From Halorubrum sp. BV1 (lineage in GTDB: Archaea; Halobacteriota; Halobacteria; Halobacteriales; Haloferacaceae): a stretch of 24,000 nucleotides of DNA. The stretch is from assembly GCF_000746205.1 (NCBI RefSeq), contig NZ_JQKV01000001.1, forward strand, positions 143,652 through 167,651, in the 5' to 3' direction. Shown in pieces: positions 9,146 through 16,788 of this stretch. Below the pieces are notes generated by a model that was not told where the DNA came from, searched no databases, and saw only the letters and a program-made list of their open reading frames with translations. The position numbers and the translations under genes are program-made. Each line of letters begins with the position of its first letter. Position 1 is the stretch's first letter.

Positions 9146-9739
9146 TCACAGGTCACGGAATGCCGCGTCAAAATCATCGTCTTCGAACCCGGTAGAGTCA
9201 ACATCTGCCTGTTCTTGGAGTCATCAATTTGTTCCACGAGTCGCCGGTATTCGTCATTCGGCTGGAGGTCTGACTCCGCTATCTCATTTTCAAGGACCGC
9301 CTTCGTCTGAAGCAACCGGTAGAGGTCGTCTACCGTTTCATCATACCGTTCCCGGGTTTGGCATTCGCTCGACCACGTCACGGATCTCGGCTTCCCCAAC
9401 CGGTTTGGTGATGTAGTCATCGAATCCCACCCCGATAACGTCGAAATCAGGTGTCACCGCCGAGACCATCACGACACGCGTTCCCATCTCTTGCTCACGG
9501 ATGCGCTTGAGCACCTCGTCACCAGACAGTCCAGGCATCCGCCGGTCCAAGAGGACAACATCGATCGTAGAATCAAAGATCTCGAGTGCCTCCTCTTCAT
9601 TATATGCGACCTCGACAAGATACTCATCCCGGAGCTATACAGCCATCAGATCGGCGAGGCCCTGATTATCGTCGACAATCAATACCCCTCCTGCGTTGCT
9701 CGATGTATCGTCACTTATCGGATTCCTCCGGGTCTGCAT
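9146..9739 (-). pseudogene. HalX-domain response regulator (REC + HalX), inactivated
   Basis: REC frame: ...GGVLIVDDNQGLADLMAV*LRDEYLVEVAYNEEEALEIFDSTIDVVLLDRRMPGLSGDEVLKRIREQE...FDDYITKPVGEAEIRDVVERM, with an in-frame TAG at 9635-9637. A +1 shift near 9360 leads to (T)RERYDETVDDLYRLLQTKAVLENEIAESDLQPNDEYRRLVEQIDD (HalX). A second shift near 9190 restores the original frame: FEDDDFDAAFRDL*, ending at 9146. Confidence 0.88.
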
Positions 9740-12700
9740 CCTGCGTGTCGTCGGCTGTCCTCGACGAGGAATGAGGTTCGTCAGTGAACTCGACACCTGT
9801 GAATTCGAATCGCGCCCCGCCCGTACTACCGGAAGAGACAGTTACTTGCCAACCGTGAGCATCGGCGATCTGTTTCACGATATTCAGACCGAGACCCGTG
9901 CCCTGATCAGTCGTGTATCCCGGCTCGAAAAGCTGACCTCGGTCGCCTTCGGGGATGCCAGGGCCGTCGTCTTCGACGTAGAAGCCACGGTCTGAGTCAA
10001 GGTCTCCGATGGTGACAGCCACGTCCTCACCACCATGTTCGACCGCGTTTCGGAAGAGATTTTCTAGCAACTGTTTGAGCCGGGATCGGTCTGCCTGAAG
10101 TACGCTATCAGTCGTTGTGTGGATCTCGCTGTCGGTTGTTTCCACGTTCTGCCAACACTCATCGCTGAGAGCTTCGAGAGTGACTGCTTCGAAGTCCCCG
10201 ATGGCTTGTCCCGTCCGAAAGAGCGTTAATAAATCCTCGATGAGTGTCTCCATCCGCTCGTGCGCATGCTCGATCGCGTCGAGATGCTCGCTCTCACACT
10301 CTTTTTGAGCCTGCTGTCGCTCCCCTCGTGCAACGTTCAGCGGGTTCTGAAGGTCGTGTGACACGATGCTGGCAAAGTCGAACCGCTCGTTCCGGTGTTT
10401 GAGTTCCCGCACGTACTGTTTGCGTTCGGAAATATCGGGGCTGATTCCGATCATTCCGATAATCTCCCCATCCTCGTCACGGTACGGGTATTTGTTATCG
10501 AGGAAGACGTGCTCCTCGCCATCGATGAACCGGACCGTCTCCGCGGACATCTCCTCGCCAGACTCCATAACCTGCTTATCATCGGCACGAATGTCGGCTG
10601 CGCTTTCAGCGTCGAACAGGTCCTCGTCGTGTTTGCCGATAATCTCTTCGGGCGTATAACCGAACAGCTCAGCGCCGCTTTCATTAATGAACTGATAGTA
10701 GCCCTCTCTATCTTTGATATAGATCGCTTCAGACGTGTTCTGCACGATCGCCTCTAGTTGCCGGGTTTTCTCTGCTAATTTTTCTTCACGTTCGATGCGT
10801 TCGGAGATGTCCCGGAAGATGCCGTACGTGACTGGACCGTCCGGAAGCGGGACCGTCTCGACACTGATCTCGACTGGGACGTGGTCCCCGTTGTCGGTAA
10901 CTATATCGATGGGTGATCCATCGGGAAGTCGTCGCCTGGTTCCCCCCGTTTGAACGTGTTCCTCGAAGAGCTGCTGATAGAGGTCAGCCTGCTCGGAGGG
11001 ATGGAGCTCTGATTGATGCGAGCCGGTGATTTTGTCACTCGCCATCCCGAGCAAGGTTTCGGCAGCGTCGTTGACCTCGATAACTTCGCCCGTCTCGCCA
11101 TCGGCAACGAACACTGGATCCGGAGCCGCCCCAAGCAACGTTTCATACCGCTCTTTCAACTTTGAGAGTTCCTGTTCGCGCTCTTTGTGCTCGGAGATAT
11201 CCCGACAGACAATAAGATGCAAACCTGGGACGATATCATGTGTCACCGTCCACTCGACGATTCGTTCTGAACCATCCGGCCGAACCAACGTTGCAGTCTC
11301 GCGTTGCAGTCCGGAATCTCGATCATCTCTCGGAATATCACGGAACTCAAAACAATCAGTGGTAAATTCGTCGAACGATCGACCTACTACCTTTTCTTTT
11401 GGAAGACCAAAGAGGTTGGCGGTACTTTCATTCGCCCGGAGGGTCTGCCCCTCGTCGTCGACAATCATCAGCGTATCGGCTGTTTCCTCGAAGATACGCT
11501 GGAAGAGGTCTCCAGACTGCTGTCTGATCGGCACTATCTCGTTGGTATCGTCGCTCTCCGTCCCCTCTATGGACTGCGGGAGCGTTATTGTGATCGTCGT
11601 ACCTTCGTCGGAAACAGACGTTTCGATGTCTCCGCCGTGGCCCGTGACGACCCAATAGACCATCCAGAGACCGAGGCCTTCGCCGTGGATCAGCGGCTCT
11701 TCAGTTCCAGTTTCGAGTACCCGATATTCCTGTTCGGGGAGCCCTGGGCCATCGTCGGATATCTCTAATGTGATCGTTCCATGGTCGACTTCAGCGGAGA
11801 CGGTCACCCTGGGGGCGTCTGGGTGCTTGCACGCGTTTTCGATCAACTCGTGGAGCGCCGCTTTGAGGTTCTGATATCCCGATATTGGCACCTCATCTGG
11901 TCCAGTGACTTCTATCGAGGCTGCAGGATACTCGCCTTCGATATCCGCACTCACCTGACGGATCAACGTCATTACGTCGAACGATTGGCGTTCGACATTT
12001 TCCCCCAGGAAGACATCGAGTTCCGTCGCTTTCTCGGCGAGGGATACAATTCTGTCCATGGCGGAGATGACCTCACTTCCATCGATCGAATCGTCGTCGA
12101 GTTGGTCGACTATCATGTCCGTGTAGCCACGGATAACGTTGAACTCGTTGCGAATATTGTGTCGGAAGACTCTCAGCAGGACGGTGTTGAGCTGCTGTTG
12201 ACGGACGAGATTCTGTTCTCGTTTCTTTTGGTCGGTAATGTCGATGACGCCACCTCTGTAGCCCTTGATGGCTCCCTCGTCATCGGTGAGGGCGGTCACG
12301 CTGTCGGACACCCATCGAATCTCTCCATCAGCAGTTCGGACGCGATATTCGAACTGATCGAGTTCGCCGACCGACGTGAGGGTTTCAGAATACGTCGCAT
12401 ACGTGTCTGGATCCACAAATACCTCGTCTTCGATACTGTCTACCGCCGCGCACAGCTCCTCGCCACTCTCGTAGCCGAGCAGATCTGCAAACGCCGGATT
12501 CGCCATGGCATACTCGTCGAGTGTGGCAGTCGTCGTGTAGATGCCTTCGATTGCATTTTCAAAGAGCTGCTGATACTGTTCTTCCAGTTCCGAGGCGAGT
12601 TCCAGCGTGCCCCGGGTGGTTTTTTCCAGTTCTTCTTGCAGGGCTTCCTTTTCCTCAGTCCGTTGTTCCAATTGCATGGCTTCGATTTCGCGGCCGAGGA

Positions 12701-13181
12701 GGCGTGCAACCAGTTCGATGAACAGCTTCTCCTCGGTAGTAAATCCCTCCTCCCGAGGCGTTCGTTGGATAAAACAGACAGTCCCGTAGACCTCTCCACG
12801 CACGAACATCGTGGTTCCGAGATAACAATCGATGTCGTGTTCCTTGTAGGCCGGATCGTTTTGCCATCCCTGCTCTGGGGCATTCGAAATCGCAACGGGC
12901 GAGGGCTCCTGAACCGTATGGCGACAGTAGGTTTTGTCGCGGTCGAGCCTGGTTCCTTCCGGGAGCAGATCGGAATCATTGCCGACGCTGACAAGTATCT
13001 CGTCAGTTGTACTATCGTTGGGATGGCGCTGGATGTGGCCATTTGTGACTCCGAGATACTCTCTGCCTATTGCGAGGACGTGCCGTTGTTTCTCCTCTAA
13101 CGCCAATTCGTCATCATCCATCACCTCGTAGATCCGCTGGGTTGGTGGCGTTTTGTCCGCCGAGCCATTCTTAGTAGTCAT
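9711..13181 (-). CDS. Large hybrid sensor histidine kinase: GAF-PAS-[HisKA-like+HATPase]-PAS-PAS-PAS-[HisKA+HATPase]
   Basis: 1156 aa. Two H-box/ATPase pairs: FRHNIRNEFNVIRGY...ELIENACKHPDAP...DDGPGLP...GEGLGLWMVYWV, and FASIVSHDLQNPLNVARG...LLENLFRNAVEHGG...DDGPGIP...GTGLGLNIVKQI. PAS domains lie between them and a GAF-like domain is at the N-terminus. Confidence 0.9.
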   Translation of the reverse strand: MTTKNGSADKTPPTQRIYEVMDDDELALEEKQRHVLAIGREYLGVTNGHIQRHPNDSTTDEILVSVGNDSDLLPEGTRLDRDKTYCRHTVQEPSPVAISNAPEQGWQNDPAYKEHDIDCYLGTTMFVRGEVYGTVCFIQRTPREEGFTTEEKLFIELVARLLGREIEAMQLEQRTEEKEALQEELEKTTRGTLELASELEEQYQQLFENAIEGIYTTTATLDEYAMANPAFADLLGYESGEELCAAVDSIEDEVFVDPDTYATYSETLTSVGELDQFEYRVRTADGEIRWVSDSVTALTDDEGAIKGYRGGVIDITDQKKREQNLVRQQQLNTVLLRVFRHNIRNEFNVIRGYTDMIVDQLDDDSIDGSEVISAMDRIVSLAEKATELDVFLGENVERQSFDVMTLIRQVSADIEGEYPAASIEVTGPDEVPISGYQNLKAALHELIENACKHPDAPRVTVSAEVDHGTITLEISDDGPGLPEQEYRVLETGTEEPLIHGEGLGLWMVYWVVTGHGGDIETSVSDEGTTITITLPQSIEGTESDDTNEIVPIRQQSGDLFQRIFEETADTLMIVDDEGQTLRANESTANLFGLPKEKVVGRSFDEFTTDCFEFRDIPRDDRDSGLQRETATLVRPDGSERIVEWTVTHDIVPGLHLIVCRDISEHKEREQELSKLKERYETLLGAAPDPVFVADGETGEVIEVNDAAETLLGMASDKITGSHQSELHPSEQADLYQQLFEEHVQTGGTRRRLPDGSPIDIVTDNGDHVPVEISVETVPLPDGPVTYGIFRDISERIEREEKLAEKTRQLEAIVQNTSEAIYIKDREGYYQFINESGAELFGYTPEEIIGKHDEDLFDAESAADIRADDKQVMESGEEMSAETVRFIDGEEHVFLDNKYPYRDEDGEIIGMIGISPDISERKQYVRELKHRNERFDFASIVSHDLQNPLNVARGERQQAQKECESEHLDAIEHAHERMETLIEDLLTLFRTGQAIGDFEAVTLEALSDECWQNVETTDSEIHTTTDSVLQADRSRLKQLLENLFRNAVEHGGEDVAVTIGDLDSDRGFYVEDDGPGIPEGDRGQLFEPGYTTDQGTGLGLNIVKQIADAHGWQVTVSSGSTGGARFEFTGVEFTDEPHSSSRTADDTQDADPEESDK
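12240..12631 (-). repeat. Duplicated coiled-coil + PAS module, copy A (in the 1156-aa kinase)
   Basis: EKTTRGTLELASELEEQYQQLFENAIEGIYTTTATLDEYAMANPAFADLLGYESGEELCAAVDSIEDEVFVD...GYRGGVIDIT, nearly identical to the module in the neighbouring kinase. Confidence 0.8.
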
Positions 13182-13208
13182 CGGTTCAGGTCTCCCAGTA
13201 TGGTTTCG

Positions 13209-14969
13209 TCACCCATTATCCTCAGTGATAAGCAGGGGTGTGCCCCCACTGCCCGTGATTTCGAACCGTGCTCCACCGTCAGCTCCGTCCGTCACGTCAA
13301 TCTCCCACTGATGGGCTTCGACGATCCGCTTGACGATCGCCAGTCCGAATCCTGTTCCGCTCGAATTCGTTGTATATCCCTGCTCAAAGATGTCGTTCCG
13401 CGCCTCCGGCGGGATACCCGGTCCAGTGTCTTCGACGTAAAAGCCATCGTCCAACCGACCGACCGTGACGGTAACCGACTCACCACTGTGTTCGATGGCG
13501 TTCCGGAACAGATTTTCAAAGACTTCGACCAGCCGGCTTCGATCCGCTTCGAGGTGCCCGAGTGATTCAGTCCGGAGGGTGGCATTGGCTCTTGAAATTG
13601 AGTTCCACGCGTCGCGAGCGGTCTCTTCGAGGCGAATTGATTCGGTTTCCCCGACTGCCTTCCCTTGCCGTGAGAGTTCGAGAACATCCTCGATGATGGC
13701 TTCGATCCTATCAAGGGCTGTTTTTGCCGGGTCGAGATTGGTACTGTCACATTCCGCCTCTGCGAGGGCCACGCGTCCGTTTGCCACGTTCAGTGGATTC
13801 CGTATGTCATGAGAGATAATACTCGCAAACTCATCAAGACGGTCGCGTTCCCGGCGGAGCGTCGTTTCAGCCCGAATTTGGTAGAGGGCAGACGTCACAT
13901 GGTTGGCAAGCAAGTTGAGGAGTTCCTCATCATGGTCGTCGAATGCGTCTGGTTCGGTCGCAAACACCTGAATCAGACCTACGTCGTCAAGTGAGACGCC
14001 TAACAGTGCACGAAGATCCTTGCGTGCGTCCTCCCTCAGTCCCGGGGTTGCAGTTTTGGGGGAGTTGGATGAGTTATCTACGTTTACATCTAGTGGTGCC
14101 GTTCCTCGCATCTCGGTTACGTCATCCACGCGAAGAACCTCGTCAGATCGATAGGTTCGCCCGGCAAATCCAGTGTCAACTGGGACCGGATTGTACTGCT
14201 CCAGCGATTCATCACGCGAACTAGCGGTCGGGACAAGGTGATCGACTTCCGCAACGGCAAGATACACACTGGCACCGGGAAAGAGGGCGGCAGCACCGTC
14301 GACTGCACGCTGGTAAATTGCTGCTTCTGTGTCGGCATCAGCGATGTCAGTTGCAATCTCGTGAAGCTGAGTGACCTTGGACATGTGCTCCCGCAGTCGG
14401 TCTATCGCCTCTTTCCGCTCCGTGATGTCGATGACTCCACCTCTGAACCCGCTCATATCCTCCTGACTATCGGAGAGGGCGGTCACGTTATCCGAGACCC
14501 ACCGTATCTCGCCATCAACTGTTTTAACTCGATATTCGAACCGCTCAATCTCGCCCATAGACGATAGTAGCTCTGAACACGTTTCGTATCGGTCGGCGTC
14601 CACAAAGACGTCCTCCGCAATACTATCCACTGCCTCACAGAGTTTTTCACCGCTCTCGTAGCCGAGCAGGTCTGCAAACGCGGGGTTCGCCATGACATAC
14701 TCGTCAAGTGTGTCGGTGGTCGTGTAGATACCCTCTGCCGCCGTCTCGAAGAGCTGTTGGTACTGCTCTTCAAGCTCTGAGGCGAGTTGCAGCGTGCCTT
14801 GCGTCGTTTTCTCCAGTTCCGTGTGCAAGACCTCGTTTTCCTCGCGTAATCGTTCGTTTTCTGTCTGGAGTTCCCGCACTCGGTGGTTGATCGACTCCAG
14901 TGTGGGTTCTACCTCTGGGTCGGCACATGCTTTCGCGTTCTCCAAGAGTTGCTCGATCTGGTCAGTCAT
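13209..14969 (-). CDS. Sensor histidine kinase PAS-GAF-HisKA-HATPase
   Basis: Start MTDQIEQLLENAKACADPEVEP at 14969. PAS is QLFETAAEGIYTTTDTLDEYVMANPAFADLLGYES, followed by a GAF-like region. H-box is FASIISHDIRNPLNVANG. HATPase is ENLFRNAIEHSG...DTGPGIP...GTGFGLAIVKRI. Confidence 0.92.
   Translation of the reverse strand: MTDQIEQLLENAKACADPEVEPTLESINHRVRELQTENERLREENEVLHTELEKTTQGTLQLASELEEQYQQLFETAAEGIYTTTDTLDEYVMANPAFADLLGYESGEKLCEAVDSIAEDVFVDADRYETCSELLSSMGEIERFEYRVKTVDGEIRWVSDNVTALSDSQEDMSGFRGGVIDITERKEAIDRLREHMSKVTQLHEIATDIADADTEAAIYQRAVDGAAALFPGASVYLAVAEVDHLVPTASSRDESLEQYNPVPVDTGFAGRTYRSDEVLRVDDVTEMRGTAPLDVNVDNSSNSPKTATPGLREDARKDLRALLGVSLDDVGLIQVFATEPDAFDDHDEELLNLLANHVTSALYQIRAETTLRRERDRLDEFASIISHDIRNPLNVANGRVALAEAECDSTNLDPAKTALDRIEAIIEDVLELSRQGKAVGETESIRLEETARDAWNSISRANATLRTESLGHLEADRSRLVEVFENLFRNAIEHSGESVTVTVGRLDDGFYVEDTGPGIPPEARNDIFEQGYTTNSSGTGFGLAIVKRIVEAHQWEIDVTDGADGGARFEITGSGGTPLLITEDNG
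14421..14820 (-). repeat. Duplicated coiled-coil + PAS module, copy B (in the 586-aa kinase)
   Basis: EKTTQGTLQLASELEEQYQQLFETAAEGIYTTTDTLDEYVMANPAFADLLGYESGEKLCEAVDSIAEDVFVD...GFRGGVIDIT. Confidence 0.8.
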
Positions 14970-15999
14970 TGGTATCGGTGACGACGAGTGCAGTAGCGTC
15001 ATCCTCCGATTTGCCGTACTGTTTGAGCAACCGGTTCGCTATCGCGCCAGCTGGGTCGTCCCCTCCATCTCGTATGTCGTCCCAGTCCCATCTCGTCGAA
15101 ATACCATCAGAATACAACACCATCGTGAATCCTGGATCCCACTCTCGGGTGACGACAGATGCTCCTGGATTATTGCCCCCCACGACGCCCCGTCGGACGA
15201 TCAGCCCCGTCCATTCCGGGCCAGACAACTTCACATTGATATTTCCTATGTTGGCAAAGGTGAGCGTATGCTCCCTCCAGTCGAACTTCGCGAGTGCCAT
15301 CACGACGCCGCGTGTCCCCTTGCACGCGCGGTCAGCTCCGCGAAAGATTGACGCAAGCGGCCGCTCGACGTGTGACTCGACGTAGCTACGAGCTGTGGTC
15401 GCTGCTTTGTGCGCCCGGGATCCATGCCCGAGGCCGTCGATAACGCCCACCAGCGTCTTGTCATTCCACGTCTTGGCGATGAAGGCGTCACCGTTGACCT
15501 GCTCGGTGGAGATGGCCCGTGATGCAGCCCCAATTGAGGCGGGATTCGGCTTCGTTGTCTCATATTCCGGGATTAGCCACCGATCTGCGACCAGTCGCGT
15601 TCCAGCCTCGGGGCCTTCCGGGGTCGTGACCTCGAGTTCGTCCATCGTTTGATTCACGATGGAGAGGCCGAGCCCGAGCGAGCCAGCGGTCGAAGATCCC
15701 GTCGTGAATGCCGCTTCAATATCTTGGATCCCGGGGCCGGAATCTTCTGATTCAAGCCGAATTCCCGTCTGTGAATCTGCCGCAATTGTTTTGATCGAAA
15801 GTGTTCCGCCCCCGGCGTGTTTATCTAGGTTCGTCGCCAGTTCCGTCGCAACGAGTCCGAGTTCAGAGCTGATATCGTCCTCAAACCCTATCTCGGCTGC
15901 CGTCTGTTCTACCGTATGTTGTGCCCTGGTGGCATCAGCTGACTCGGAAATATCGATGTCGGTTTCAGTAGTAACAACGAGGTCGTCCGGTCTGCTCAT
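14962..15999 (-). CDS. Fusion protein: N-terminal GHKL (RsbT/RsbW-like) ATPase + C-terminal SpoIIE/RsbX-type PP2C phosphatase
   Basis: Start MSRPDDLVVTTETDIDI at 15999. GHKL N-box is VATELATNLDKHAGGG and G-boxes are EDSGPGI and SLGLGLSIV. Phosphatase motifs: LVGVIDGLGHG, KGTRGVVMALAKFDWREHTLTFANIGNINV, LYSDGI. Confidence 0.9.
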   Translation of the reverse strand: MSRPDDLVVTTETDIDISESADATRAQHTVEQTAAEIGFEDDISSELGLVATELATNLDKHAGGGTLSIKTIAADSQTGIRLESEDSGPGIQDIEAAFTTGSSTAGSLGLGLSIVNQTMDELEVTTPEGPEAGTRLVADRWLIPEYETTKPNPASIGAASRAISTEQVNGDAFIAKTWNDKTLVGVIDGLGHGSRAHKAATTARSYVESHVERPLASIFRGADRACKGTRGVVMALAKFDWREHTLTFANIGNINVKLSGPEWTGLIVRRGVVGGNNPGASVVTREWDPGFTMVLYSDGISTRWDWDDIRDGGDDPAGAIANRLLKQYGKSEDDATALVVTDTND

Positions 16000-16018
16000 C
16001 GTGATCGGCTCCGTCCTG

Positions 16019-16423
16019 TCATGAGTGCCACTTTGTGATCGTGATTGTCGTGCCCTCTCCTTGTTCCGTGTCGATCTCCATGTCGTCCATGAGCGTCTGT
16101 GTTCCGGACAGCCCACGGCCCAACCCATCCGACGTCGAAAATTCCCCCTCAAGCGCTGCGTCGGGATCGTCGATGCCTGGCCCCTGATCCTCGAAGATGA
16201 CCGTGAGACCGGTTCGATCGTCGTCGGTGATATGCTTCCATTCCATCGTTCCCTCACCGGCGTAAAGGTGGATGTTCCGGGCGAGTTCCGAGACAGCCGT
16301 GACGATCCGCGTGATATCCGTGGTGTCAAACCCGACTTGCTCAGCGGCGTCTCGGGCTTGTTGACGGGTCTGGAGCACGTCAGTTTCGGACTGGATCTCT
16401 ACTCGACCGGAGCCCTCGCTCAT
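16019..16423 (-). CDS. rsbT-like: RsbT-like stressosome switch serine/threonine kinase
   Basis: Start MSEGSGRVEIQ at 16423, overlapping the rsbS-like stop. ITRIVTAVSELARNIHLYAGEGTMEWK and FEDQGPGI...GLGRGLSGTQTLMDDMEIDTEQGEGTTITITKW closely follow the recalled Bacillus RsbT pattern (TAVSELARNIYLYAG..., GLGAGLPG..RLMDEFEI...G.GT). Confidence 0.93.
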   Translation of the reverse strand: MSEGSGRVEIQSETDVLQTRQQARDAAEQVGFDTTDITRIVTAVSELARNIHLYAGEGTMEWKHITDDDRTGLTVIFEDQGPGIDDPDAALEGEFSTSDGLGRGLSGTQTLMDDMEIDTEQGEGTTITITKWHS

Positions 16424-16788
16424 GAGGGATCCCAACTTACTCCCAACATTTCGAGTGCATGATCGGTCGACCGGGCAGTCTCAACTGCATCCAACCGGTA
16501 TCCGAGTTCTGCAGCGGTCACAGCGACTTCCGGGCGGATCCCGGCAATCACTGTCGTCCCGCCCATGAGTTCGATCATCTGAGCCGTCTCCGAGATATGC
16601 CGGGCGAAAAACGAATCCATCAGTTGCACGTTGGACACGTCGAGGATGACGCCCTCAGGCTGGCTGGTTTCCATTTCTGCCAAGATCGCCTCTTGTAACT
16701 CGTCGACCACCGGGTCAGTCGGGTTGTTGGGAAACGTCCCCAACAGGATATCGTAGATTCGAACGACATTCGCGCTACCAGCCGACAT
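16420..16788 (-). CDS. rsbS-like: RsbS-like single STAS-domain stressosome scaffold/antagonist
   Basis: 122 aa. GVILDVSNVQLMDSFFARHISETAQMIELMGGTTVIAGIRPEVAVTAAELGYRLDAVETA aligns without gaps to the recalled B. subtilis RsbS core ([51 protein letters not shown]...). Confidence 0.94.
   Translation of the reverse strand: MSAGSANVVRIYDILLGTFPNNPTDPVVDELQEAILAEMETSQPEGVILDVSNVQLMDSFFARHISETAQMIELMGGTTVIAGIRPEVAVTAAELGYRLDAVETARSTDHALEMLGVSWDPS

Noticed and set aside
9058-9420. 120-aa minus-strand ORF taken as a standalone gene
   Set aside because: Its middle is the HalX domain, but both ends are out-of-frame readings of the response regulator. It is part of the pseudogene rather than an independent protein.
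11781-13100. 439-aa plus-strand ORF
   Set aside because: Antisense shadow of the 1156-aa histidine kinase. The minus strand contains clear GAF, PAS, H-box and ATPase motifs.
16000-16329. 110-aa N-terminal extension of the ATPase-PP2C ORF
   Set aside because: It overlaps the rsbT-like gene in another frame and has shadow-like composition. MSRPDDLVV at 15999 is the plausible start.
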